Shown piece by piece: positions 1 through 11,879 of a stretch of 64,000 nt of DNA. The notes below the pieces were generated by a model that ran no database searches, was not told the DNA's origin, and was given only the letters and a program-made list of their open reading frames with translations. Position 1 is the first letter of the stretch. Every line of letters begins with the position of its first letter. The stretch is taken from assembly GCF_004010195.1 (NCBI RefSeq), contig NC_057748.1, positions 27,752,180-27,816,179 of the forward strand, in the 5' to 3' direction. Both the position numbers and the translations under genes were made by a program. Origin of the DNA: Chiloscyllium plagiosum. Taxonomy: Eukaryota.

Positions 1-1064
1 TGTTAGTTATATTAATAATCCTTTGTCATTCTGTCTCCCTCACTCCCTCTCTCTCTCACACACAAATACATAGGCGCAGAAACACACAGGACAGCCATTG
101 CATCAATAATTCTCTCTCACAATAATCGGTCTGTGTTACATTGATAATTCTCCCTCACAAACACACGCAGTTCAGAGATTCTAACAGCAGTTCTCTCTCA
201 CACACGCAGCTCGTTCTTGCATTAATAATATTGACTCTTACGCAAGCACCCAGATCAGAGACTGCATCAATAATTCTCTGACAGACGTTCACAGGTTAGT
301 GTTATATTGCTGTTCTCTGACACAGACACACATAGGTCAGAGGCTTAGTAATATTGACAATTCTCTCTCTTCACTCTGCCCCTCTCACAAACACACAGGC
401 CTGTGATATATAAATAATTCTCTCACGCACGCACTGAATGTTAATTACATGAATAATTCTCTGTCCCACAAAAAACACACAGATCCGAATGTTAATTAGA
501 TTAATTATTCTCCCTCTCTGACGCTCACATACCAAACGCGCACAGGTCAGAGATTATATCAACGATTCTCTCTTTTGTAGACAGAGATCAGTTTGTTACT
601 TATATTAATAATTCTCACTCTCTCACACACACAATCACACACAACTGCACACACGTCAGAGGTTATATCAATAATTCACTCTCAGGTACACTTCAACGAT
701 TCTCTCTCACACAGACACACACAGCTATGTCTCTCACACAGTCTCTATCACACAAACAGTTCAGAGATTATGTCACTAATTCGCTCTCACATATACAGAT
801 CAGTGTTATATTAATAATTCTCCTTTTTTTATATTGATAAGTCTCCATCACAAAAGTATACTGATCAGACTTTACATCAGTAACAATCTCTCACACAATT
901 AGTAGTGTGATATTCTACGCTACTTTCTACGCTCCCCCCTCCACCCCACCGCAGAAAGTCCATTCAGAGATGAAATCGATTATTCTCTCTCATACATAGT
1001 TCAGAGTTACAGGGACAATTCTGTCTCACACAGAGAGTGGTCAGAGCATTATTTCTATTAATAG

Positions 1065-1103
<39 letters not shown>

Positions 1104-2621
1104 TTAGTGTAGTTTGATATTGATAATTTTCTCTCTTACAAACAACACTGATCAGCGATTGTAACAACATTAATAACACCCTCACCCAATCACCATCTCT
1201 CTATCTCTCTCTGTCTCTTCCACACGCATTTATACACACACGCACACTCACATACACACAAGTCAGTGGTTATATTAATAAACTGGTCAGTATTACATCC
1301 ATATTTGTCTTACTCGCAAAGATTCATAGGACAGTGATTGTAAGAACAATTTCCTCACACGCACTCACAATCCCGTGGGATATTAATAATTCTCTCTTTA
1401 ATATCAAACGAGTTATGGTGTTAATTATATTAATTCTCTCTCCCTCTCTCTAGATCACGCGCAAAACACACACAAGTCAGAGATTACATCAATAATTCTC
1501 CCTCACACACACAGGTCAGAATTACATGAATAATTCTCTCTCAAACATACATAGTCAGGATCAGAGTGCTGCTTATATTAATACTTCTCTAACCCCTATC
1601 CCCTCTCTCTCCCTCTTCTCAAACACACATGTCGGTCAATTATTTATATTAACAATTCTCTTTCACATACAACCATACATAGATTTTAAAAAATTATATC
1701 AATAATTCCCTTCAAACATTCAGGTACGTGTTACATTGCTATTTTGCTCACACATAATCACCCACATGTCAGAATTTATAGCAATAATTCTCTCTCTCCT
1801 CTTCTCTCTCTCACACACAAACACACGGAAACATACAATCCATAGCAAAATGCCAATAATCTCTCTCTCACTAAAACACACAGGTCAGTGTATTGATTAA
1901 AGTCATAATTCTGTCCCTCTGCCTCTCTGACACACAAACATACCCAGGTCAGAGAATAAGTCGATAAGTCTCCCTCACACACAGGTCACTGTGTTATACA
2001 TCAATAATTCTCTCTCACCAACACGGATAATTTTCTTTCGCACATTCACATGCAGAGCTAAAGTTAACAGTAATAGTCTCTCTCACACATAAAACATTGT
2101 TATATTAAAACTTCTCTATCTCGTTCAAAGACAACAGCCAACGTGATATGTGTAATTCTGTCTCTCTGTCATATTCACACACATACACACAGATCAGAGT
2201 TCATAGCAACATTTTTCTCATGCACGCAAGTCGGTTAGTTCATTTTAATTCTTTTCTTACACAGCTCAAACTGCTATGTATAAATATATATAAATATTTA
2301 TCTCAAACACGCAGGTTCAGAAAGTTATATCAATAAGTCCCATCTCTGTCTGTCTCACACACACACACAAGTTAGATAGTTATATTAATACTTCATTCAC
2401 TAACTGACTCTCAGACGCGCATAGATCAGACTTTTAGATATATCAATAATTCTCACACACTTATATTTCATAGATTAATAATTTTCTGTCTCTATCCCTC
2501 AAACACACAAACAGTTCAGAATCATATATATGAGAACTTCTCCCTCACATGCGTAAGTCAGAGAATTGTTTTTATGCCATGTTATCATCCTCTCTTTCAC
2601 TCTCTCTTTGCCCACACACAG
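1..2621 (+). repeat. Degenerate ~35-45 bp tandem repeat filling the J-C intron of IgL cluster A (consensus ~ACACACAGGTCAGAGATTATATTAATAATTCTCTCTC)
   Basis: Dozens of copies of cacaggtcag...ttatat(t/c)aataattctctc; the same repeat precedes the C exons at 32656 and 55940. Confidence 0.85.
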
Positions 2622-2925
2622 GTAGTGATGATTGGAAATCTTCTGTACTTCTGTTCCCTCCTTCGTCGGCACTAGTAGACATGGGATCAGCCACTCTGTC
2701 CAGTCTGGTGAGTCGTTTTAAGCCGGGCTATCTGCAGGTGCTCTGGAGCGTGGATGAGAAAGAGACAGACAACGAGGTGACCTCAAGTGCGGAATCGCCG
2801 GATAGTGATCATACCTGACAATCCCAGCCACTGACTGGAAGAAAGACTTCTCATAGTCCTGCAGTGTGAGACACGGTTCACTGGACTTCACTCTCTTCAA
2901 CGCCATCAGCTCCAGCGACTGTTAG
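2622..2925 (+). pseudogene. Ig light-chain constant exon pseudogene (type I/NS5/sigma-cart class), cluster A
   Basis: Acceptor cacacag|GTAGTGATG; aligns to the intact C exon 55940-56262. First Cys codon is changed to AGT (LSSLVS vs LSCLVN), there is a 19-nt deletion near 2811 (304 vs 323 nt), and TAG replaces the Tyr before S-C. Ends GAC TGT TAG; AATAAA at 3216. Confidence 0.93.
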
Positions 2926-3891
2926 CTCTGAGACAAACAATGTCACGGGTCAGTCACTGTGTGTCATGCGGTGGTTTGTTCTTTGTTTGTGTTTTGCATT
3001 GCAATTTCTTCAGCAATGTCAGTATTTGGTGAACAATATTGGGTGAATATTGAAAGATGGTGAAATGATTGCTCCTATCAATGAGTGGGGATTTCCCGCT
3101 GCAATTGCCTCCAGCATTTTGCGAGCAAACTGTCATTCTGGGTACAATGGGGAGCAATCACAGCTTTTTCAACAACGGCCATGCTGCATTTGTCAACTTT
3201 ATAAACCCAGTTCTGAATAAAGATAACAAGGTACCACGAAATGAATGTCTATCATTGCTGAACATTGAAAAGGGACACTCAGTTACTTGGCAGAGAACAG
3301 TTTGCCCCTGCGACATAATCACACGGAATTATGTCAAATGATGGCATGGGAACATACATCAATATTATTCACCTCACCTTCCTCTCCTTGGGAGGAATCA
3401 ATTTATCTCCCTGCAAAGCAAGTTCCTCCTGCAGGCTCGACTAAAGTTATAGGGACTGGGAGATGTTGACCAACTTTTTGCATTGTTTGTTGCAGAAGCA
3501 AAAGACTCCAATTATTGAACACTCGGAATTTTAAGAGCCATAATAAAGCAATGTCCCTCAGCTCTCTGTTTTCTTGAAAGAAGTGTCCGAGGCTGCTTGC
3601 TGTCTCTGGGCGAGTACATCATCCCAGTTGAGTCGCTGATCTTGTCAATGATAGCCCCTTTCCAAATGTCTCTATACTTTTGATGGAATTGTATGCCCTG
3701 GATTCTGTACCTTTTTGCAGTAAAACTAACAAGAGTTCACTGTGTAAACATATGCTGAATCAGGGAACAGGAGAAACTATAAACGGAGTCAATGGGTGGA
3801 AAGCTTAAATTCAATATATTTATGAATCTAATGATTTAATATATTTTTAAAATGTGCTCCTACTTAAAAGGAACGTTTTAACAACATTGGA

Positions 3892-3925
<34 letters not shown>

Positions 3926-6419
3926 TTAAGAAAGAATGAACTGAATTTTTGGAGTCGGTGTTGGAGGTGGACCAGGTTTCATTCTGTATCAGGAAACTGC
4001 AGAGAATATCGGAGGCGATATCTAGACATCAAAGCAGCACACTAACTGCGACTGTGACTGTATACACTCAGCTGGTGGACTGTGAAGCAGTGGAACTCGC
4101 TGGCCGAGATTCTGACCAACTCGAGCTGAGGCTGGGGCTATTGGGTGGGAGGTCACAGCGTCTGTGTACTTTCATAACTCCCTGCTCTCACCGACACGCC
4201 TATCAATTTCTGCCCAACGCTGAAACCACACGCTAAAGTCTGTTTGACAGAGTTGTGGTAATGGGGGAGGGGTGGGGTTGGGGGAGTCAATTCAGAACGC
4301 TCAGAGCACAAGTGCCGGACTTTGGCCCGTTGTTAAGCTGCTGGCTTGTATGCAAGAGCCCCTCAAACGGGCAGTAGAACAGATGGCTAGAAAGATGGAG
4401 TTTTTGAAACAGGCAAGATTCAGGGATGGCGTGTTGTTGCAAGGTTATTTGCCCGATTCGGATACCTCGAGTTGGAGGCAGGGTTTCAGAATTGTCGGTT
4501 CCATTTAAAACTGAGATGGGGAAGAATTTCTTCTGTGAGAGGTCGCCATTCTATCTCCTCAGAGCAATGAGACTGAGCCACTAAATCATTGAAGGGCTTA
4601 GAAGAGGGGATTTTGCGTGAAAACGAAATCCCAATCAAGTCCCAGCGGTTTGGGACTTATGAAGGAGAGATTGGCTAGTATATTGGTCACCACTACCAGC
4701 CCATCATGATCTAATTGACGGGCAGGAGACGCTCAATGGCTGAATCGGCTCCCTCCTGCCCCAATCTTTACATTTCAGTGGTGCGTGCCACTGAAAATTT
4801 ATATTTTAGAATTAATTTTAGAACGCACCTCTTTCAGAATCAAAGCAAAAATCTCTCCCACTGCTCTGAAGGAATCTGTATTCCCCACCGACAATACCAA
4901 CAACCACAAAGGAAACACCTCACTCTCTCCCCTCCCATTCTCACCCCATGCTCCCATCTCCTAGGATTCGAAGGGTTGGTTGAAATTCCTCTCACGAACC
5001 TCTGTTCCAAGACACTCCCTTATTGTGGTGCTCTATGAAGTCACACCATTGTTGTTGTTGTAGCAGAGCGACACTCCTGAGTGAAATATGTAGGAAGCAC
5101 GGTATCGAAAGCGGAGAGAAAACAGAATTTCAGGGGAATTACACTAAGTCGACCGCCACTTCCCACAGTCACACTGACATAGAGAAGACTGCGCCTCAGT
5201 TAGTCAGGGAGGGTATGGGACTGGAAGATGTAATGTCAGAATGAGGGGTCGCCAATTCAAAACAGCGATGGGAAGGACTTTCTTCTCTCATCAGGGAATG
5301 AATCTGTGGATTTCTTCACCACAGAGGGCTATGGAGGTTGGGTCATTCAGTATATTCAAGCCTGAGATGAAATATGTTTAATCAGCAACGGAATCAAGGT
5401 TTTATGAGGAAAAGGCAGGCAAGTTAAGTAGAGCATGATTTAATCAGCCACGACCTCATTGACTGGTGCCACAGTGTCGGTGGACTGAATGGCCTGGTTC
5501 TGTTACTAGGCACTTTGAGCTGACTTCTTTCTCGTTTTGATCTCTGTTCAGGGCCAGAGTATAATTCCGTGTGCAGAGAGGCCACAGGTCTTGGCTGTTC
5601 TCTGTTGTGCACGGTTTCACTCTACAGAGAAAGGGATAGAAAGATAAGGAGACAGAGATGAAGCAGGAAGACACCGTATGGAGGAGAAGGGCCGAATGGC
5701 TGTATACCTCTGCTGCAAATTCAATAAACTGTCTGATGAGGAGGCTGTGCGTCTATTACAAAGAGACATAAGTGTGTAGTGAATTTTCCAGAGGGCTGCA
5801 GGTAACAGCCCTCTATTAAAATACAAAGAGAAACATGAGCCATTGAGTGGAACTGCCCTTCCTGTCCCAAGTCAATCCTGCATCTCTAGACTGATACAGT
5901 GAGAGCTGTTCACTAAACGTAAAGTCATCAGCAGTCCTCATTAGTCAGTCAGTCAAAGAGTATCCGAGGGAATAAGCCTGGAGCGGAAGGCAGAGACAGG
6001 AGACCGTTCAAACAGTAATAAAAATCGCAAAGTGAAGTGCTGGTCAAACAATGAATTAAAATTGCGTTGGACTTCAAGCATTAAATCTTTCTCTCTCTCT
6101 CTCTCGCTCATCGTCTCTCCCAGATGCCGCCAGATCTGGTGAGTGTCTCCAGCTCTTTCTGTCTTTCTTTCAGATTTCCAGCATCCTAAACTTTTTGTTT
6201 TCATTTGATTTCTGAAGGAATTGCAACCTAAAAGTCTGCTGAAGCACCGGGGACGAACGTTGAAATTATCTTTGTCTCTGATGTTGCAGGGATTCACAAA
6301 TTACTCAGTAAAACTCACATCCCTCCACACACACAGTTCATCATCTTCCAGTGTGTGTTTAGTACGTTACACAATGAATAATGTGCAAATTCTTTACTCA
6401 GAACAAATTGTACTCTATA

Positions 6420-6705
6420 TTAGATTAGATTACATTACTGTGTGGAAACAGGCCCTTCGGCCCAACAAGTCCACACCGACCCACCACCCACCCATACCCT
6501 TACATTTACCCCTTACCTAACACTATGGGCATTTTAGCACGGCCAATTCACCTGACCTGCACCTCTTTGGACTGTGGGAGGAAACCCACGCAGACACGGG
6601 GAGAACGTGCAAACTCCACACAGTCAGTTGCCTCAGGCGGGAATTGAACCCGGGTCTCTGGCGCTGTGAGGCAGCAGTGCTCACCACTGTGCCACCGTGC
6701 CGCCC
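6420..6705 (-). mobile_element. tRNA-derived V-SINE (HE1-like)
   Basis: Minus strand reads GGCGGCACGGTGGCACAGTGG (A box) ... GGTTCAATTCC (B box), then the V-domain core GTGTGGAGTTTGCACGTTCTCCCCGTGTCTGCGTGGG and a (TCTAA)n tail. Confidence 0.85.
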
Positions 6706-7013
6706 ATATTATTGCACCATGCTACACTACTCCATCCAGCCCACTACCTAGAAGGACAAGGGCAGCAAATAAATGCTCACATCGACCACTGCAGCACTTC
6801 AAGACGGCAGCTCACCGCCACCTTCTCAAGGGACACCTTTGGGACAGGCAATAAATGCTGTCCCAGCCATAGACACTCACAGCTCATGACTTAATTGAAA
6901 ATAAAAACTGGTCCATTTTAAGATATCTCTCTTATATTCAACACAGCGACCAGGGCAGATCCTAACTTGTCTCGCCCTCTCTGGACGTCATCCAAATAAT
7001 AAGGTCTTCAGAA

Positions 7014-7058
7014 ATGGGCACAATGGCCGCCTTCTGCGCAGTGCTTTACTCCTTGACA
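7014..7058 (+). CDS. Putative leader exon MGTMAAFCAVLYSLTFLF(V) of the VJ-C1-TM gene
   Basis: Hydrophobic signal-like ORF ~700 bp upstream of the V acceptor; a phase-1 join gives ...TFLFVADS-QLAG. It needs a non-canonical GC donor at 7059 or a weaker GT further on. Confidence 0.5.
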
Positions 7059-10000
7059 TTTTTATTTGGCATGCATTATGTCACATGTTGTGACCACAAG
7101 TGTGTAGAATGGAAGGTATTGGGGGTGAGGGGTGGGAGCAGCGGAAGGTGAGAACCAATGACAAAATGCAGCCCCAAGTGCAGGCGCATAGTATTAACCA
7201 GTGCAATCTGAAAGGAGCGAATCTTTCTGGGCCTGAGCTCAGCTCAGATGCCCTCCCACCCATCCCTCCACCCCGCACTCTAGACGCGCATGCAACACCA
7301 CAACCCATTCCCCCGCAATCCATCCCAGAGCCAGCGGAGGGAGCAGAAGGCAAATTCCTCACATCCCAAAAATGACCAAGAACACCCATTTCCTGATGCT
7401 TCTCGGGCAATTGTTGGCTGTTTATGGTGAGTGAGAGGCGGATGGGATTCTCAAACAACAACAGTACTGCCCTCCCACCCGCAAAGTCGGACAGAAAGTG
7501 GAAGCCTGCCCTCCCTACGCCCAAGGAACAAGGACCTGGCCTCATCCAGTGAATATATTCATCTGTGGTCATGTTTAATTGGAAAAATGGCCAAATTGCA
7601 GGATTGACGTAGACAATAGTATGGAAAAGGATACCCGGAACGATTGTATAGGATAATGGAGCGACTCTCAAATGGAGGGGATAAATGGGCTCCACTCTCA
7701 TCTCTCAATAATCACTTTTAATGTCACTTTTATCTCTTCAGTTGCAGATTCCCAGCTCGCCGGGCCTCAGGGGCCCTTCGCCAAGACGGCAAAAGTGGGA
7801 GAGACGGTCAAATTGGAGTGCCAGCTCAGCTTTCCTGTGGTGCTGGTTACTAGCTATTTCTGGTACAAACAGACTGTGGGTGAAGCCCCGGTAGCAATAG
7901 ACACCACCAACTGCAAGGAGTCCGATTGTAAATTTATTTCAAAAAAAGGTGACAGCGAGCGTGTGCTGCAATTGGAAATCCGTGATGTCCAGGTCAATGA
8001 CTCTGGGACCTACTACTGTGCTGATAGGGATGGCTATGCTCCTCTCCAGCCGGGACCCAAACTGCTTGTTGGAGGTAAGAGACACACCAAAACCAATCCT
8101 AACCGTCCACCCCATTTTGATATTCCGTTCATTTTTCGTTAACCCTGTCCCAATCTCTGTCCAGACAGTTCCACTGACAAGACGTCCGTCCTCGTCTTCC
8201 TCCCGCCGTCTGTGTCTGCCCAGATGGACCCCGTCCCCTTGGTGTGTCTAGTCAGCGGGGTCTCTTCCAACGAGATTGTCATTTTCTGGAATATTTCCGG
8301 CGAGGTGACCCAGGGGGCGAGCGATGTCGGGAAGAGGGAGCGGGACGGCACCTGGAACATCACGAGTCAGGTCACGGTGATGAGGGAACAGTGGACCAGC
8401 GGCGCTCTGTGTTCCTGTGTTGTTCAACTGGGAGAGAAAGTCCTGACAAAGAGTGTGTCTTTCACTGAACCGGCGGCAGCAAAGGCAGGTGAGTTATTGA
8501 GATGCCCAGTGAGGGTGGAGATTCAACTTTATAGTCGCCCATTTTCTAAAACAAACCTCAGTCCATCATTTAAGTTCCTCCATCAAATAAAGGAATAACC
8601 ATATGGGTATAGTTTTAAAGTGTGTATGACTGTGCACGTGTGTGTGTGTGTGTGTGTTTTATGTGGGTGTGTGTATATTTGCATTTTGCAATGCATGGCT
8701 GCATGAGTGCACACATACATACGTGCGTTTTCGGATGTGATTATGTACGTTTACGTGTCTATGTATGAAAAACTGTGAAAACTAGGGTTGCATACATGTG
8801 TGAAGGCATACATATGTGTGAGTGTTTATTTAACTTGTGTGTGCCTGCGTTAGTGTGCATGCGTGTGTTTCTATGCATATATATTTGTGTGTCTGTATAT
8901 GTGAATGCACTTGCACCTATGTTAGCATGTATGACTGCGTCACTGTGTCTATCTGAATGTGCATCTCTGTTATATATGTGTGTATCTGAGCTTGTGTCCG
9001 TCTGTATAAAATTGTGTCTTTTTGCTTTTCTACGTGTATGAATGTGTGTCTCCGTGTGTGTACTAATGTGTGTCTCTGTGTCTGCATATGTGTGTGCGTA
9101 TGAGTTTCTGAATGTCTGTATGAGGCTGAGTGTGCATTCACCTGTGTGAGAGTGTGTGCATGTTTCAGTCCGAGTATCAATATGTCGTTGTGTGTGTACA
9201 CACATAATTATGTATGTGTATGTGTGTGGGGGGATTATTTGACTTTGTTATATGGGTGCACGTGTGTCTCTGTGTGTATTTATGCCTTAGTGTGTGTTTG
9301 TGCTATATGCATGTGCAGGTTGTGAATTTGAGCCCGCATATGTACATACGTGTGTGTGTGTGAGCGTGTAAGTGTCTGTGTGTGCTTGTATACATTTGAG
9401 TGAGTGTGTGCATTTGTGCCTGTGGGTGTACCTATGTGCGTGCAGCATAACAATTCGCTTTTTAGGGTTGTATTCTCAGGCGGCAGATCTTGGAAAATGG
9501 CTTGTAATAAATCCAAGTACACAATGAGGTAATGAATTTCGAGGCATGAGATTGGCTATTGAACTGGGGGATGCTCCTGCAGGGGTTTCACACTCGCTCA
9601 CTTCTATTCAACTTATAGGAACATCGGACAATGAGGTGTAGGGAAAGGACTAGGCCATTCAGCCTGTTATGCCTGTTTTGCCGTCCATTAAAAGGGTGGG
9701 GGTTGCATTCAGAATACTGTATTACTTCCCTGCCAGGAGAAAGTGAGGACTGCAGATGCTGGAGATCAGAGCTGAAAATGTGTTGCTGGAAAAGCGCAGC
9801 AGGTCAGGCAGCATCCAAGAAGCAGGAGAATCGACGTTTCGGGCATGAGCCCTTCTTCAGGAATGAGGAAAAGACTTTCCTGCCAGTCAGCTTCAGCTTG
9901 ACTCCCTTTATAATTTACTGGGATCTTCACTTTCAGTCCCTGGCTGACAGTCAAACTCAAGCTCAATATTAAGTTCACTTCAGATATCAGCAATTGAATC

Positions 10001-11236
10001 TCAGGCTAGCGTTAATTTATGAACGTTTGTTGCAGTTAATTCGTTGAGAGCAGTTCCGGCTTAACCCTGTTGAAGCAGACTGGCGACCATGCATTAATAT
10101 GTGAAGGTAGTGGGACTGATGAACATGTGGAAACTTCCCCTTCATGAACGCAGAACTCAGCTGCAACAAAATGTTATCTTACTCTTCATAATTCCCTGGT
10201 CAGAACCGCAATGGCGTGCCCAACTCTGCAACACAGATCTTGAGAAAGGATGTCAAGATCATTGGAGAGAGTGCAGAGGCTGATTTCCCAGGGTGGGACT
10301 CGGCAACAAGTGAATTTAGTTTCTGCAGAGAGATAGGGAGAAGAGGGGACCATTCTCCTCAGATCACGAAAGGCTAAGGGTAGAGTGAATCAAGTTGATC
10401 AAAATTATGAGAGTGGGAAAGCAAGGGCGGTGGGTGCTAGATTCCATCGAGTCCATGAGGGCCAAACCGTTCCCACCAGCAGAGGGTCAGGTAACAAAGG
10501 GAGACACGAATTGAAAAGAATGAGAAAAAGAACTGTGTGGGGCAAAATGAGAAGAATTTGATTCTTTCGTCAATCCAGTTGTTGTGGTCTGGGATGTGCT
10601 GCCTGAAATGAGGATGGAAGCAAATTCAACACAAAACATTTTGGAGGAAATATTTGATAAAATCACAATCACACGGCTGTCGTAAATGCAACACATGAGA
10701 TACACCTGCTAAGGAGCTGGCAAGGATAGAATGGGAGGAATCGCCTCATTCTATGCATCATCAGTCTGGGATTCTGTATATTTTCTTTTCCTTTTTTGTA
10801 ATTGTTGAGTTGCAATACCTGTACCGTCAGTCCGTTTATCTGAACTGACAAAAATTGTGTTACTTCCTGAATCTTGCGTCCACTTCAAATCCTATTTTGT
10901 TCTCATTTCACTTCGGAGTTTGATGCTCAGATAGAGTCAAGATTCCCATTCGACGATCCCAGACAATAAGAATGATTTGACTGAGTAGTGATGTTTTTTT
11001 TTTCTCTCCCGAGTCCTCTCTCCAGAATGGTGCAATACAGTCAGTAACGTTTTGAGAATCATCTCGGCAATCCTCCTCCTAAGCTTGATTCTAATTATGG
11101 TCTACAAAGACAGTCGATCAGGTAAGGAATTACCATTTACCAGTGATCCATTGGCAATAATTCTTTTTCCGATTCCCAGTTGATAATTGCAGTTTCTTTC
11201 TCCAACAGCGCCAGGCAGGAGACCCCACAATGAAAA
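7014..11236 (+). CDS. Non-rearranging antigen-receptor-like type I membrane protein: leader - VJ - C1 - Cys connector/TM - cytoplasmic exon(s) (PRARP/VJ-C1-like); 3' end uncertain
   Basis: Exons join in phase 1: leader ~7014/7023-7058, V 7742-8074, C1 8165-8488, TM 11026-11121, cyt1 11209-11236. Splice sites are canonical GT-AG except the putative leader donor. No stop codon across these exons. Confidence 0.85.
7742..8074 (+). CDS. V-set Ig exon with fused J-like G strand (no RSS)
   Basis: ttcag| acceptor and GGAG|gtaaga donor. Reads VGETVKLEC...WYKQ...LEIRDVQVNDSGTYYC...LQPGPKLLVG, with an extra CxxxxC pair (NCKESDCK). Confidence 0.92.
8165..8488 (+). CDS. C1-set Ig exon
   Basis: tccag| acceptor after a 90-nt intron and GCAG|gtgagt donor. 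Reads DSSTDKTSVLVFLPP...VPLVCLVSG...IFWNISG...SQVTV...W...LCSCVVQ; N-glycosylation sequons NIS and NIT. Confidence 0.92.
8620..9445. repeat. (TG)n/(TGTA)n-rich low-complexity tract in the C1-TM intron
   Basis: Near-continuous TG dinucleotide composition; source of the spurious C/V/H/T-rich ORFs. Confidence 0.85.
9737..9873. mobile_element. One-armed copy of the short palindromic Penelope-related element
   Basis: AAAGTGAGGACTGCAGATGCTGGAGATCAGAG...CGACGTTTCGGGCATGAGCCCTTCTTCAG, flanked by the direct repeat actt(c/t)cctgccag. Confidence 0.75.
11026..11121 (+). CDS. Connecting peptide + transmembrane exon EWCNTVSNVLRIISAILLLSLILIMVYKDSRS
   Basis: Strong polypyrimidine tract and tccag| acceptor, TCAG|gtaagg donor, 96 nt, phase 1-1. 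Membrane-proximal Cys and a hydrophobic helix with Arg in an NxxR context. Absent from the ORF track. Confidence 0.85.
11209..11236 (+). CDS. Small cytoplasmic exon (APGRRPHNE+)
   Basis: tttctttctccaacag| acceptor and AA|gtaagt donor, 87-nt intron after the TM exon. Confidence 0.65.
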
Positions 11237-11879
11237 GTAAGTATCTAAACCATTTGCGAAGTGCATCACTGGGACTCCAAATGCTCGCTTAGCCAACGAT
11301 GGTGGCATCCCATAAATATTTTTTTTAAAAAAACTCTCCTGTTATTCAAATATCAGGGGGAAAAAACAAAATGCTATGGTTGAGGGAAATTTCAGACAAA
11401 TGTAGAGAACATAAGAGAATCTCGAGTACAGTATGACTGTTTTCTGGACACTCTATTTCCAGCATGCTCTACATTTTTGAATCCGGGCATTGATTCCTGC
11501 CCGTTTATATCTTGCACCACCTTTCCAGATTGATTGTGAGGCCGCTCAACAACTCCTTGTTCAACTATTTCTGGCAACCAGGTGCGGATGTACAAGAGCG
11601 AAATGTAACATGCAACTTTTTGGTTTTGTCTGCACCCAGCTTTCGATTGAGAGAGAGAACACAAAGAGGCGAATGAGACCAGTTGCAATTGGGTAAGTGG
11701 GATTGACAGATTAAAAATCCAATGGGGAAATTCACGAGATTCATGAGTGCATTCCTCCCTGTGAATGTGTTCTCCACTCTGACACCTGTTGTTCCCTGAG
11801 AACTCATTAGCCCTTCATTTTAGCATAATATTAGGTCTGTTTGTGTATTAGTTATCCTCCGAAATAATTGTAAATAAAA

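Noticed and set aside
2950-3000. CACTGTG near GGTTTGTT in the 3' UTR of cluster A as a possible RSS
   Set aside because: The nonamer-like tract is on the wrong side of the heptamer, and the heptamer is not conserved in clusters B and C.
3940-5810. GC-richer exon-like stretches (3940-4260, 5540-5810; also 40980-41190)
   Set aside because: Stops in candidate frames and no identifiable homology by eye.
6420-6705. tRNA-like A/B boxes here and at 26555, 40590, 48100
   Set aside because: Heads of SINEs; no complete cloverleaf.
7081-7701. 206-aa minus-strand ORF
   Set aside because: No recognisable domain; lies antisense within the leader-V intron.
8759-9522. His/Thr- and Cys/Val-rich ORFs
   Set aside because: Translations of (TG)n/(CA)n low-complexity DNA.
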